A stretch of DNA of 64,000 nucleotides from an uncultured Candidatus Saccharibacteria bacterium (GTDB taxonomy: Bacteria > Patescibacteriota > Saccharimonadia > Saccharimonadales > Saccharimonadaceae), in NCBI GenBank assembly GCA_964480265.1, contig CAYZNY010000006.1:1219-65218 (forward strand), given 5' to 3'. The translations under genes and the position numbers were made by a program. Below the pieces are notes generated by a model. That model had not been told where the DNA came from. It saw only the letters and a program-made list of their open reading frames with translations, and ran no database searches. This document shows positions 34,288-44,713 of this stretch, piece after piece; position 1 is the stretch's first letter, and the number at the start of each line of letters is the position of its first letter.

Positions 34288-35766
34288 TTACTGGAAGAAG
34301 AATAGATATGCCAGCGCTCCCACCGTCGCGCCAAGAATCACCGTCAGAAGTAGCAACGCGACCAGTGGCGCATTCGAGCGATGATGCGCCGGGATGATCA
34401 TCGTCGGTTGATTAATATCGCGCGGGACCTTCTTCGCCTTCTTTTCTACGGTGTTTTTCGGCTTTTTAGCTTTTTTGGCATTTTTCTTGTATTGATTCTT
34501 TTTCGGCAATTCTTCTTCAAGGTCCTGCCCAGCGTGAACCGATGTTGCCACCTCAGTCTGCGCGCGCGGCACGCCATTGCCCGACAGTGGGCGCTTCTTC
34601 ATTTCTTTCTCTGGTTTGAGATAATACGGCGATTGCGCACTCAACGCGTATTTATTATTATCCGGCGAATCCCGCCTAAGCACCGTGGCCGGCTTATCCT
34701 TTGCGACTTCTTCGCTAGAACTATAATCTTCAATCATACCAAGCCCAGCCTCGGCCGCCATTTTATCACGATTAACTTGCACGCCCTTTGCGTTCCCTAC
34801 CAACTCATCCTCCGACAAACCGTAATAATGCGTCGCGTCGTCAGTCGCCGGGACGGATTTGGTCGCATGGCTCGGATTCAGATAATCTTCCACTTGATAC
34901 GGACGATCTGGGCGTGCCTCACGAGAATTATTGGCCGCAAACCCCTTTGGCGCCGGTGCAAATTTCTTTTTAATTGAATCAATTGGGCTAGGTTTCGTCG
35001 TGTGGGTGCTCCCGGTACCTGGTTTCAGAACCGGTTTCTCAATATCGTCTTGTTGTCCCGGCAAAACCTTTTTCAGCCGGATATCGGCATTACTGGCAGC
35101 ATTCCCCGCCGGCTGGTTCGGTTTCGACACTGTAACTTCCTCAGGTTTCTGGGCAACATCCTTCGTTTTAGCAACCGGTTTCTTTCCGGGCCCAACCCGC
35201 ACTACATCTTGGAATACCTGCGGATTATGAGTATGAACCTGACTCAGAGAAATCTGCTGTTTTGGCAGGCGAATACCGCTATTTGCACGAGTTTTCGCCT
35301 CCGATGGAACCTTCACGGTTGGTTTTTTGGGTTTCAATTTTAGAGAAGTCCGCACCACGGTTGGCGCCTTACTTTCAATCTTCTCTGGCCCAACCTCTAC
35401 CGGCTTTGCGCCTTGCCCACTCGCTTTATGCGCAATCGGATCCGTCGCTTGTAGCCGGTTGGAGGGAGTCTTCGTACGTGAAGAGGCCATCTTCATTAAC
35501 GCCGACGCCGATGTCCGTACTGATTCTATGCGTTGGTTGCGCGCATTTTTGGCGTGTTTATGCAAATTTGCCGCCGATTTTGCCTCGGCGCCTTTTTTCT
35601 GATCAGTCGCATTGACGATTTCCCGCGCCGACATTGCCAAATAATCCCCCAAACCAGACTGCTCTTTATCGGCATACATAGCATTAATCGCCTCTTTCGC
35701 CGAACGTACCGCGACCGGCTTCTTGGCCGGTTGGTCTTCCCGAGAATCTTTGGCTACTTTGTCCAT
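34288..35766 (-). CDS. hypothetical K/P-rich protein with a C-terminal TM anchor
   Basis: It is mostly low-complexity and basic. The C-terminus is PLVALLLLTVILGATVGALAYLFFFQ. Its start abuts the tpiA stop. Confidence 0.65.
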   Translation of the reverse strand: MDKVAKDSREDQPAKKPVAVRSAKEAINAMYADKEQSGLGDYLAMSAREIVNATDQKKGAEAKSAANLHKHAKNARNQRIESVRTSASALMKMASSRTKTPSNRLQATDPIAHKASGQGAKPVEVGPEKIESKAPTVVRTSLKLKPKKPTVKVPSEAKTRANSGIRLPKQQISLSQVHTHNPQVFQDVVRVGPGKKPVAKTKDVAQKPEEVTVSKPNQPAGNAASNADIRLKKVLPGQQDDIEKPVLKPGTGSTHTTKPSPIDSIKKKFAPAPKGFAANNSREARPDRPYQVEDYLNPSHATKSVPATDDATHYYGLSEDELVGNAKGVQVNRDKMAAEAGLGMIEDYSSSEEVAKDKPATVLRRDSPDNNKYALSAQSPYYLKPEKEMKKRPLSGNGVPRAQTEVATSVHAGQDLEEELPKKNQYKKNAKKAKKPKNTVEKKAKKVPRDINQPTMIIPAHHRSNAPLVALLLLTVILGATVGALAYLFFFQ

Positions 35767-36537
35767 CTAAGATTTCACCTTCTTTGCGGTTTCGATTATA
35801 TCAACAAATTGGTCAGCGATCAAACTCGCGCCACCAACCAACAGACCGTTCACACCTGGTATAGTTAAATACCCTCCGGCATTGTCCGGATTCACACTCC
35901 CACCATACAATACAGCAATTTCTTCACTGATCTCTTTGCCATAAGCATCAGCAATAATCCGCCGGATAAACTTCACGGCCTCTGCGATATTGTCAGGGCT
36001 GGCCATGCTAGCGCCACTAGTCGTACTGATCGCCCAGACTGGCTCATAGGCAATGATAACCTTTTCTAGTTCCTCTGCCGACACTTCCGAAAGCCCGCCA
36101 AGCACTTGGTCGCGCAAAACGTCGAAAGTCTCGCCAAAAGTCCGCTCGGTTTCGGTCTCACCAACACAGAGAATCGGCCGAATTTGATTCCTGAGTGTCG
36201 CTGCCACAGCCGCACGGATGTACTTGTCGCTCTCGTGGAAAAGCTGCCGACGCTCCGAGTGACCAATAATGCAATAATCAACAATCCCGCGCAGCTGCGC
36301 CGCTGATACTTCGCCAGTATAGGCACCGAAATCACGCGGATTTGCCGTTTGTGCTGCTAGTTTCAACTTTTTGCGATCAATCTGCAAGGATAATGGCTGC
36401 AAAGCTACTAGTGACGGCGCCACGACTACCTCAATGTCACGGTACGCGTGCACGCGCCCAGAAAGTTTATGAAGATATACCGAAGATTCTCCTACTGTGA
36501 AGTTCATCTTCCAATTGCCCACGATGTATGATTTCAT
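35767..36537 (-). CDS. tpiA: triosephosphate isomerase
   Basis: It has the motifs VGNWKMN, IIGHSERR, AYEPVWAI and GGASL. TGcTATAAT lies 7 nt upstream of the ATG. Confidence 0.95.
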   Translation of the reverse strand: MKSYIVGNWKMNFTVGESSVYLHKLSGRVHAYRDIEVVVAPSLVALQPLSLQIDRKKLKLAAQTANPRDFGAYTGEVSAAQLRGIVDYCIIGHSERRQLFHESDKYIRAAVAATLRNQIRPILCVGETETERTFGETFDVLRDQVLGGLSEVSAEELEKVIIAYEPVWAISTTSGASMASPDNIAEAVKFIRRIIADAYGKEISEEIAVLYGGSVNPDNAGGYLTIPGVNGLLVGGASLIADQFVDIIETAKKVKS

Positions 36538-36579
36538 ACAGTATATTATAGCACAAGACTAAGCGTATAAAAAGAAAGA

Positions 36580-36602
36580 GGGCATGCGAATATCGCATGC
36601 CC
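36580..36602. terminator. bidirectional terminator hairpin
   Basis: GGGCATGCGA-ata-TCGCATGCCC (10 bp), flanked by A/T runs. Confidence 0.65.
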
Positions 36603-36642
36603 TTTGTTGCAACAAAAATAGAGTTCTTCCAATATGGAGTAT

Positions 36643-37056
36643 TCAGTCGATCGGCGGGGCGACATGTCCATTTACTTTGCCAGAAACCTCTTCAATGGAT
36701 ACCGTCACCGGTAAGTCATCACGTGATGTCCTCGCCAGAAAACAAATGACGATTAGTATAAAAGCAATACAGACAACAACTAAGTTTACCCGTCTCAAAA
36801 CCTTCGTCATCCTGACTAAGCATTCCGACCTTTCATCGCACAACCTCTCTGGCTCTAACAATTTATCCTTTTTTTCTTCAAGACAAACAGAAGCCATATA
36901 AATGATTGTCGATATGGCAAATACGAGAAGATGGGTGTCTACAAGACCAGACATCACGCCAACCTTAGTCCTCATAATCAAATAACAGATGAAGCCCAAC
37001 CCGCTTATGGACATAAGGACAAACTGGGCGTTCTCCAAAAATCTACTTTTTCTCAT
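36643..37056 (-). CDS. small multi-TM membrane protein
   Basis: The start was moved to MRKSRF because AGGGGG lies 7 nt upstream. Three to four hydrophobic helices are present. Confidence 0.6.
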   Translation of the reverse strand: MRKSRFLENAQFVLMSISGLGFICYLIMRTKVGVMSGLVDTHLLVFAISTIIYMASVCLEEKKDKLLEPERLCDERSECLVRMTKVLRRVNLVVVCIAFILIVICFLARTSRDDLPVTVSIEEVSGKVNGHVAPPID

Positions 37057-37173
37057 ACAAATTCCCCCTTTTTTTATATTTTTTGAGAAAATTTGCTGCA
37101 AACTTTTAATTTACCTAAGGCCCTACGCCTTAGGTATCGAGCCCGCAGCGTAATTTATTAGCCTTATGCTTTC

Positions 37174-37202
37174 ATTGTAGCATAGATTGGCAAAAAAGTC
37201 AA
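37174..37202 (-). promoter_or_regulatory. consensus sigma70 promoter for 36643..37056
   Basis: On the minus strand: TTGACT, 17 nt, TACAAT. Confidence 0.6.
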
Positions 37203-37223
37203 TAGTTTAAGCATATTTTATGG

Positions 37224-37252
37224 TTGACTACCATGCAAATACGTGTTACACT
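37224..37252 (+). promoter_or_regulatory. candidate promoter for 37482..38906
   Basis: TTGACT, 17 nt, TACACT. It would give a leader of about 220 nt. Confidence 0.45.
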
Positions 37253-37481
37253 AATCAGTATAGGCTAGTTTAGTCTGGTATCTTAATAACAAGTTGACAA
37301 ATGCAATTTTTATGTTTGTCTTTGACATATCCTAACCTAGGTAGCTATAAAAGAACCTATACGGTTGTTTTATAGCTGCCTAGGCAGTCGCGTCACTGCG
37401 TAGACAAAGTTCTACTGCAATATGGGGTAGACCCTCGGCATTGGCGTGCTGGTTACGACCAGATATAGAAAGGAGGCCATT

Positions 37482-38906
37482 ATGGCTAAGACAAACAAAA
37501 CTGAAACCCGTAGACCCAGCACCGAAGAAGTAAAGGAGACGACAAAAACGGTAATGAACAAACTGACCACCGAGACTCGACTCCTTGAAACCGTATTTTC
37601 GGCATCAGGCGAAGAAAGCTTGTTGAAAGCAATCGAGCATGCTCGCGAAACGATGCCAGCTCATGAAGAAATGGAGGCGGATAACATTGTGGACTTGTTC
37701 TCCAAGCTTGGGCGTAATTTTACGCCGATGGAGGAGGTGACAGTCGGTGATCTGACATCTTTGGGGCGTAAATATGCCCAGAAGTTCATTTGCGGTACGG
37801 TATTTGCTTCCGTGCAAGATCATGGTCACTATTTCTCCTGGAAATCCACGGAGAAATATGCTCCAAGCATCATCATGGAGGCAGACAATACTTTACGGCT
37901 CAGATACGGTAAGTTCGGCGATATATCAACGATCGTCAACTACACGGATGCCGACGATGTATTACCACATTTACCATTTGATCCTGCAGGCAACGATTTC
38001 GATTGTGTTATTGCCTGGGGCATTGCAAGCGAAAAAGACGGCGATTGGCGTTTTAGGGCTAAACCGTTATCTGACGCAACCGATTTACTCCTGGCTGTAC
38101 CATGGGGTGGAGCGCACAGCAATACCAATGGTAGAAAAAGGGACGAACTATTCTTCAAGCATAATCCAGAAATTAGGTTCTTTGAAAAGCAATCCTCAAA
38201 ATCTGGTGGTGAAGGTATTGATTATTACGTCATAAAACTCATACCAGGAGATTTGCAGGATGCAGTTGCTGTCACCGAGGCACGCCTGATGGATGAGGAT
38301 CACGAGGCAGAGCTCTACTTCTATGCTAAGTATCTGCAAATCAAAGTACTAAAACAGATGTGCGATGATATAGAAGAGAAAATGCAGGAAGAGATCAAAG
38401 AGCTTGAATGTCTTTATGGTGATATTGATGATCAGGTCGAAGCCCTATGCAAAAAGTATAAGGATGCACATATTTTCAGTGCACCAAAACGAGAGTCTAT
38501 ACCGAATGGGATCTCTCGCGAATACAGCTATAAGATGTCGATCGGCGAGCTAACAAGCTATGCTGAAAAGCAACTTCTCGATGCGGAAGTCGAATTCGTG
38601 CGAGCTCTGGAAAAAAATAAGTTGATGGCACGGTCGTATGCGAATCTGGTACCAAAATACGCACAGTTGGCTTCATGCGTATATAACAAGTGTCGTGGCA
38701 GAATGGAAATACTGAGCGATGGAGTGATTTTGTGCTTACCAAGCACCGAAGAAGGAGGTCACAAATTCGTTAAGCATTCATTTGGCTTTACGGAGTCGCA
38801 GCTCGGGCTGTGCATAGAGTTAATTTACAACTTTATCGACACAGAAAAAAACAACGCCGAAGGAAACGCCAAATTACTTAAACAACTCTGCGAAAATAAG
38901 AAGTAA
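37482..38906 (+). CDS. hypothetical cytoplasmic protein (474 aa)
   Basis: The start was moved to MAKTNK because AAGGAGG lies 6 nt upstream. No motif was recognised. Confidence 0.7.
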   Translation: MAKTNKTETRRPSTEEVKETTKTVMNKLTTETRLLETVFSASGEESLLKAIEHARETMPAHEEMEADNIVDLFSKLGRNFTPMEEVTVGDLTSLGRKYAQKFICGTVFASVQDHGHYFSWKSTEKYAPSIIMEADNTLRLRYGKFGDISTIVNYTDADDVLPHLPFDPAGNDFDCVIAWGIASEKDGDWRFRAKPLSDATDLLLAVPWGGAHSNTNGRKRDELFFKHNPEIRFFEKQSSKSGGEGIDYYVIKLIPGDLQDAVAVTEARLMDEDHEAELYFYAKYLQIKVLKQMCDDIEEKMQEEIKELECLYGDIDDQVEALCKKYKDAHIFSAPKRESIPNGISREYSYKMSIGELTSYAEKQLLDAEVEFVRALEKNKLMARSYANLVPKYAQLASCVYNKCRGRMEILSDGVILCLPSTEEGGHKFVKHSFGFTESQLGLCIELIYNFIDTEKNNAEGNAKLLKQLCENKK

Positions 38907-38969
38907 GCAATAACTCGCTACTTTGTCAATTTGTTTGTCACCCTCCTAGACACGTCTAGGAGGGTTTTC

Positions 38970-39758
38970 CTACTCTACTATCCCCACAATTCCCCTGAGC
39001 GCATACAGCGTATCCTCGTGCGAACGCACGGTAATTGTCTTTACGCCCATCTGGACCACCGGATAATCATTCCCGCCTGGCTGGGTCATATCTCCGAAAT
39101 AAAGCACATCGTCTTTCCCGACTTTTAGCTCTTCAAAGAGGTGAGTCATGCCAAATTCCTTATTCATCCCCGGCGCAGCGACATTGATAGAGGTAGTCCC
39201 GCCAATTTCATAGAGAAAATCTGGCAATTTTTCACGACATTTCGCCACAATTGCCTCGCGCTTCTTGCAATCTGGGTCCCAAGCATATTTTGCCTCTGTC
39301 CCAGCCGCTTGACCAAGTGCCGAAAATGTGATTTGCGAAAGACGATTCTCGATAATTTCGTCACCCTCGGCCAATTTATCTGCTTCCCAGTAGCCCAAAT
39401 CGCGCGCTGCCTCCTCTAATACTGTTGTAATTTTTGCAACATCTTCCTCTTTGAGCGGATAATTATAAACTTGCTGCCAATCAGCGGGGTCATAAGCCTC
39501 CGATTTGCCAATATACTTATAATATTGCGTGCCTTGAGCAACAAACAGGTGCAGATGTTGGAGCTCGTCTGGGGTCGCGCCAGCCTTGATCAGCGGATCA
39601 ACGATTTGGATCAAAAATTGCTCGAATTTTTGCCCCGAAATCGGGCAAATCTCAAACAAGCGCAGACATTCCCGAAGCACTTCCGCCATCTCTGGTGGGA
39701 TTGGGGTTTTGGCGACATTCACAGTCTGGTCAACATCAAATGCAATTACTTTTTTCAT
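38970..39758 (-). CDS. HAD-superfamily (IIB-like) phosphatase/phosphomutase
   Basis: The start was moved to MKKVIAFDVDQT because GGAGG lies upstream. It has DxD motif I (FDVDQT) and a C-terminal YFGDMTQPGGNDYP motif, typical of HAD-IIB/PMM-like enzymes. Confidence 0.65.
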   Translation of the reverse strand: MKKVIAFDVDQTVNVAKTPIPPEMAEVLRECLRLFEICPISGQKFEQFLIQIVDPLIKAGATPDELQHLHLFVAQGTQYYKYIGKSEAYDPADWQQVYNYPLKEEDVAKITTVLEEAARDLGYWEADKLAEGDEIIENRLSQITFSALGQAAGTEAKYAWDPDCKKREAIVAKCREKLPDFLYEIGGTTSINVAAPGMNKEFGMTHLFEELKVGKDDVLYFGDMTQPGGNDYPVVQMGVKTITVRSHEDTLYALRGIVGIVE

Positions 39759-39898
39759 CTTACCTCCAAAGTTATACGCCAATTGTAACACAGAAAGCGC
39801 CCACAAGCACAAGCTTCTTGACTTTTTGGATCAAGTGTGATATAATGGAAGATAGGCATATGTGTGGCGAGCCTGGTCAAGAATTTTAAAGAAAGGAT

Positions 39899-40669
39899 GT
39901 GATTTGTTTGCTAGACATCACTACGAACAATTTATTGCCAAAGGTTATATTGATTTTGTATCTAATCAATATAATATCGTGCACCGTCGCAAGGCTCTAT
40001 CATGGAGGGAAACTGATTATTGATGATCAAACTCCAGAAGCGCCTAGCAAAGCTTGGCTGATTGCTGGTTTGCAAAACCAGCCCAAAACCGCGTACCGCT
40101 ATATTGATATTGAAGGCTACGAAAAGGCTTACCTGGAATACTCTTATTTTGGTTTCAATCCAAAAGCCGCAGCCCAACAGGTAGAAGATATCGCCCAAGC
40201 AGATGATATCGTGTGCGCAGTTTCCGTTGGTGCAAAACCATTAGAGTATGCAGAAAATCTCGGAACGATTCAAATTATCCTAATTAATCCATGTAGTCAC
40301 CCAGAGGCTTTGCGCTCCGAGTTTTACTACCTGACACGCTGTCTTTCGCCCCTGGCAGAAGTGATATCATACGCATTGGGATGGTTGGCAGTAGCCCCCA
40401 TAATCCCGGCTGACATCGGAACCTGTACTTCTATTGCACTACTCGTTGATGAACTGTTTTGGATAGGTTGGGGAGATCCTCAGTCTGATTATGTAAATTG
40501 TGGCGTAATAGTAAGTACTGAGGATGAATTCTTAGAGCTGGAATCGTTGTATCAAATTTATGATGGCGCCATTTTTGCAGAAATTGACACAAAACATGGC
40601 AGAATTGGATCCGAGAGTAATGACGACGCCACAAAATATCAGCAAGCGGTCAACTCTCTTTTGCGCTAA
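39899..40669 (+). CDS. hypothetical protein, possibly alpha/beta-hydrolase-like; start uncertain
   Basis: AVSVGAK is a possible nucleophile elbow. A consensus promoter (TTGACT, 17 nt, TGaTATAAT) lies at 39818-39846. Confidence 0.45.
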   Translation: MICLLDITTNNLLPKVILILYLINIISCTVARLYHGGKLIIDDQTPEAPSKAWLIAGLQNQPKTAYRYIDIEGYEKAYLEYSYFGFNPKAAAQQVEDIAQADDIVCAVSVGAKPLEYAENLGTIQIILINPCSHPEALRSEFYYLTRCLSPLAEVISYALGWLAVAPIIPADIGTCTSIALLVDELFWIGWGDPQSDYVNCGVIVSTEDEFLELESLYQIYDGAIFAEIDTKHGRIGSESNDDATKYQQAVNSLLR

Positions 40670-40722
40670 TAGTGAAACCGTCGTTTGTTTTATAAACGGC
40701 GGTTTTATAGTATAATTATTCC

Positions 40723-41943
40723 ATGAAATTATCAGAAGAACTAATTTGGCGTGGCTTCCAGGCCGAAACAACCATCAAAGATCCAACCGAACTTGACAAT
40801 CGTCCTTCAAAAAAGTTCTATTTGGGCGCTGATCCATCGGCCGATAGCTTGACGATCGGCAATCTTGCTTCCCTGATGATGTGCGCTTGTTTTGTGCGCC
40901 ACGGCTATGATCCATACTTATTAGTCGGCGGGGCAACTGGCCAAATTGGCGATCCAAAGGACAACGGCGAGCGCGATCTAAAATCGCTCGAAGAAGTTAC
41001 GCACAACAAAAAATGCATCGGCGAGCAGATGAGGCAGATCATCAACGTTCCCGATTTGACAATGGTCGATAATTATGATTGGTTCAAAGATATTAAATAC
41101 CTCGATTTCTTGCGCGAGATTGGCAAGGCTTTCTCGATGACGCAACTACTTGACCGCCAGTTTGTCCAAGCTCGCATCGGTGAAGGTGGTTCGGGGATTT
41201 CTTATGCCGAGTTTTCATACACTTTGATTCAGGGTTATGACTTCTTACATCTCTATCGTAAATATGGCATTGATTTGCAGCTCTGTGGCGCAGATCAATT
41301 CGGGAATTGTTCGAGTGGGATTCACCTTATCCGCCGTCTGGAGAATAAAAATGCCGATGCATGGAGCACGCCACTTATTATCGATCCGGCCTCGGGGCGC
41401 AAGTTCGGCAAGTCTGAGGGCAATGCAATTTGGCTTGCAGCAAAGGATAATGGCGGCGGGAATTACACATCAGTGTTTGATTTTTATCAATTCTGGCTGG
41501 GGCAGCCCGATGACGCCGTCGAATATCTGCTGAAAATCTACACTTTGCTCGAAAAACCTGAAATTGAGCAAATTATGAAAGAACAAGTCGAACATCCAGA
41601 GGAGCGCACTGCTCAGAAAGCTCTGGCGCGCGGAGCAACGACCGTCGTCCATGGTGCCGACAAAGCCGATAAAGTCGAGCAAATGACTGCAAAATTATTC
41701 GGCGGGGAGCTATCCGAAGGCGAAATTGCGGACCTCGATGGCTATTTGGCCTCCGCAGCGCGCGGGACTACGCTCTTTGATGCGCTCGTGCAAACTGGGC
41801 TCGCCAGCAGCAAAACCGATGCACGCAAGTTGGCAAGTGCTGGGGCAATCTCGGTCAACGGCGAGAAAATCCGCGAAGATATCGAGTTAAATAAGGTTGC
41901 ATTATTGAAACGTGGCAAAAATAAATTCGCCATCGTGAGATAG
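40723..41943 (+). CDS. tyrS: tyrosine--tRNA ligase
   Basis: It has a class I Rossmann N-terminus (GADPSADSLTIGNL), a KMSKS-type loop KFGKS, and a C-terminal S4 domain. TATAAT lies 6 nt upstream of the ATG. Confidence 0.9.
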   Translation: MKLSEELIWRGFQAETTIKDPTELDNRPSKKFYLGADPSADSLTIGNLASLMMCACFVRHGYDPYLLVGGATGQIGDPKDNGERDLKSLEEVTHNKKCIGEQMRQIINVPDLTMVDNYDWFKDIKYLDFLREIGKAFSMTQLLDRQFVQARIGEGGSGISYAEFSYTLIQGYDFLHLYRKYGIDLQLCGADQFGNCSSGIHLIRRLENKNADAWSTPLIIDPASGRKFGKSEGNAIWLAAKDNGGGNYTSVFDFYQFWLGQPDDAVEYLLKIYTLLEKPEIEQIMKEQVEHPEERTAQKALARGATTVVHGADKADKVEQMTAKLFGGELSEGEIADLDGYLASAARGTTLFDALVQTGLASSKTDARKLASAGAISVNGEKIREDIELNKVALLKRGKNKFAIVR

Positions 41944-41960
41944 CGTGCTATAATAGTTAT

Positions 41961-44711
41961 ATGGCAGATTTGGCAAAAAAAGCAAAAGATTTATGGGGGA
42001 AAGCCAAGAAGAAGGTGAATAAACCCAGCGGGCGGGGCGACATGGGCGTCTATTCCAATTTAGCCGTCCAGAAAAAAACTATTTCAGAACGAGCGAAAGA
42101 TATGAAGACTGGCGTAAAAAAACGTCTAGATAAAAAATCAACTTCTCCCACCGGGAAAAGATTGCGCCCCTTGCCAGAAACTCAGCCGGCGCGGTTTTTT
42201 GCCCATTTCCGCTGGGAGAGGGTCAAGGCTTATTGGTTCTCGAAAGCCGGTTTGAAGCGCATCGGCAAGATTTTTGCCGCCATGATTTTGATTGGTATCA
42301 TCGCTGTGGGCGCACTATTTATTTATTATAAAAACCAAATCAAAGAGATCGAACTCAGCGACCTCTCAATTTCCGATACTATCAATACTTACTACGATCG
42401 TAATGGTGATCTTCTCTGGGAGGATAAAGGCGACTCTGATTACCGCCTCACCGTCGAAGAAGACCAAATTGCAACTTATGCCCGCCAGGCGACCGTTGCC
42501 ATTGAGGACCGCAATTTCTACTCGCATGCCGGGGTAGATTTTGGGGCGCTAGTACGGGCGACGCTTTCGACTTTGAGTGGGAAAGGCGTCCAGGGTGGTT
42601 CGACTTTGACTCAGCAGCTAATCAAGCAAGTCTATTTCGCCGACGAAGCGGCCTCAAAAAACCGTGGTGGTATTTCGCGTAAAATTCGCGAGCTTATCCT
42701 CTCGATCGAGCTCGAAAAGATGTACAACAAAGAGCAGATTATCACAATGTACCTCAATATTTCGCCATACGGTGGGCGCCGCAACGGGATCGAGAGTGCT
42801 GCCCAGACCTACTTTGGTAAGAGTGCCAAAGATCTTACTTTGGCCGAGTCTGCTCTGCTCGCGGCTATCCCAAATAATCCCGCCGTGCTAAACCCATATA
42901 ACGAAGCTGGCAACGAAGCTCTGATCGCACGTCAACACAAGACGCTGGATGTGATGGCCGAGCTTGGCTATATCACCAAGGAGGACGCCGATGCCGCCAA
43001 GCAAGTGCCAATCCTTGATCAGATTTTGCCAGAGAGCAATCAGTACAAAGACATCAAAGCTCCGCACTTCGTGATGGAAGTTAAGAAGCAACTCGAAGAA
43101 AAATATGGCATCCAAACTATGCGCCAAGGTGGTTATACCATTAAGACGACTCTCGATTACCGCGCACAGCAGATTGCGCAAGACGCAGTAACAACTGGCG
43201 CCGGCCTCCGCTACACAAACGGTAGCGATAATATCGCGCTCGCCTCGGTCGACGTCGAAACTAGCCAGGTTATCGCCATGGTGGGCTCAGTTGATTGGAA
43301 TACGCCAATCTATGGCGAGGTCAATGCGACCACATCCCTGATTGAGCCAGGTTCCACCATCAAGCCAATTCTTGATTACGCTCCGCTCTTCTCGATGGAA
43401 GGAGACCAAGTCTATGGTCCAGGCAGTATCACCGTTGATGAAAATATCGACTCAATGTATTGTGCCGGCTATACTGGTAGCTGCACCCTACATAACGCAA
43501 CCGGCAAATTCTATGGTACAATCACATTCCGCGAATCGCTCTCGAACTCACTCAATATTGGCGCAGTCAAAGCACTTGCGACAGTCGGGATCGATAAAGG
43601 TCTCGAAACCGCACGCGCCCTTGGTGATATTTCCTACTGTCAAGAAAATTCTACGGCCGGCCTCTCGATGGCGATTGGTAGTGGCTGCGGAGTCAAACTA
43701 ATCGAGCACGCCAATGCTTATGCCTCGCTGGCCCGTGGCGGTACATTCAAGGATCTCAGCTATGTCCTAGAAGTCAAAGATTCGAGCGGCAAAGTAATCG
43801 AAAGCTATCAAGATACCGAGGGCGAGCGGGTGATCGACGAGCAGGTCGCTTATGAGCTTTCGAGCGTCCTCAGCGATGCTAAATCTCGCGCCAAATATAA
43901 CTTCGGTAATCAATCCTACTCCTTTGGTTTCGTCGTGCCAGGTGTCTGGACCGCCAGCAAGACCGGTACCACCACCACTGCTCGCCGTGGCCAAGGTAAA
44001 GACTCCCTTATGGCAAGTTATTCCACCGTCGTTGCGACCTTAGTTTGGAATGGCAATCACGATGGTTCTGGCCTCACTAGCACCAGCAATACAATTGTCC
44101 GCCGCGTCATCAACGATTACATGGAACGTGTACACAAAGAAGTTTATGGTCCAGATGGTAAGTGGAAGTCTGGGGACGAGCCAAGGCGTCCAGCTGGACT
44201 GCAAGACCTGACGGTCAACGGCCGGACTGATATCTGGCCAAGCTGGTACAACAAGGAAAAATCTGGCACTAGTACTTTTATGGTTGAGTTCAATGCCGAA
44301 AACGGGCTCCAAGCTAGTGATTGTACACCAGCTGGCAAGCGTATCAAGATCGAGGTAACAAAGTATAAAGATCCGATCTCTGGAAGCGAAAGTTTCTCGG
44401 TTCAGGAACCGTATAAATATGGGCAGATGGATGTCTGTACGGATGAGCCGACCAACAAGGAACCAACCGTCAGCAGCACTACCGTAGTTGATTTTAAGAA
44501 GAGCGAAAACGGCGATAAACTGACTATCACTTTCAAGACCGGGAATAAACTTGGTAACTACGAAATTAAGATCGACGGAGCATATGCTAAATCCGGCTCA
44601 GCTTCTGGCGAAGTGACAATTGACTTGCTTGATACTTACAAAATCATCCAGGTCGATACGACTAGCGCCGACGGTAGCACAATCTATCGCAATAGTTACA
44701 AGCTGAATTAA
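41961..44711 (+). CDS. bifunctional class A penicillin-binding protein (glycosyltransferase + transpeptidase)
   Basis: The GT51 motifs are EDRNFYSHAGVD and GGSTLTQQL. The transpeptidase motifs are STIKP, SLN and KTGT. There is an N-terminal TM anchor. TGcTATAAT lies 6 nt upstream of the ATG. Confidence 0.9.
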   Translation: MADLAKKAKDLWGKAKKKVNKPSGRGDMGVYSNLAVQKKTISERAKDMKTGVKKRLDKKSTSPTGKRLRPLPETQPARFFAHFRWERVKAYWFSKAGLKRIGKIFAAMILIGIIAVGALFIYYKNQIKEIELSDLSISDTINTYYDRNGDLLWEDKGDSDYRLTVEEDQIATYARQATVAIEDRNFYSHAGVDFGALVRATLSTLSGKGVQGGSTLTQQLIKQVYFADEAASKNRGGISRKIRELILSIELEKMYNKEQIITMYLNISPYGGRRNGIESAAQTYFGKSAKDLTLAESALLAAIPNNPAVLNPYNEAGNEALIARQHKTLDVMAELGYITKEDADAAKQVPILDQILPESNQYKDIKAPHFVMEVKKQLEEKYGIQTMRQGGYTIKTTLDYRAQQIAQDAVTTGAGLRYTNGSDNIALASVDVETSQVIAMVGSVDWNTPIYGEVNATTSLIEPGSTIKPILDYAPLFSMEGDQVYGPGSITVDENIDSMYCAGYTGSCTLHNATGKFYGTITFRESLSNSLNIGAVKALATVGIDKGLETARALGDISYCQENSTAGLSMAIGSGCGVKLIEHANAYASLARGGTFKDLSYVLEVKDSSGKVIESYQDTEGERVIDEQVAYELSSVLSDAKSRAKYNFGNQSYSFGFVVPGVWTASKTGTTTTARRGQGKDSLMASYSTVVATLVWNGNHDGSGLTSTSNTIVRRVINDYMERVHKEVYGPDGKWKSGDEPRRPAGLQDLTVNGRTDIWPSWYNKEKSGTSTFMVEFNAENGLQASDCTPAGKRIKIEVTKYKDPISGSESFSVQEPYKYGQMDVCTDEPTNKEPTVSSTTVVDFKKSENGDKLTITFKTGNKLGNYEIKIDGAYAKSGSASGEVTIDLLDTYKIIQVDTTSADGSTIYRNSYKLN

Positions 44712-44713
44712 TT

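Noticed and set aside
40670-40722. A T-box leader upstream of tyrS (and similarly upstream of argS).
   Set aside because: The intergenic spacer is only about 50 nt, with a -10 box 6 nt from the ATG. There is no room for a T-box.
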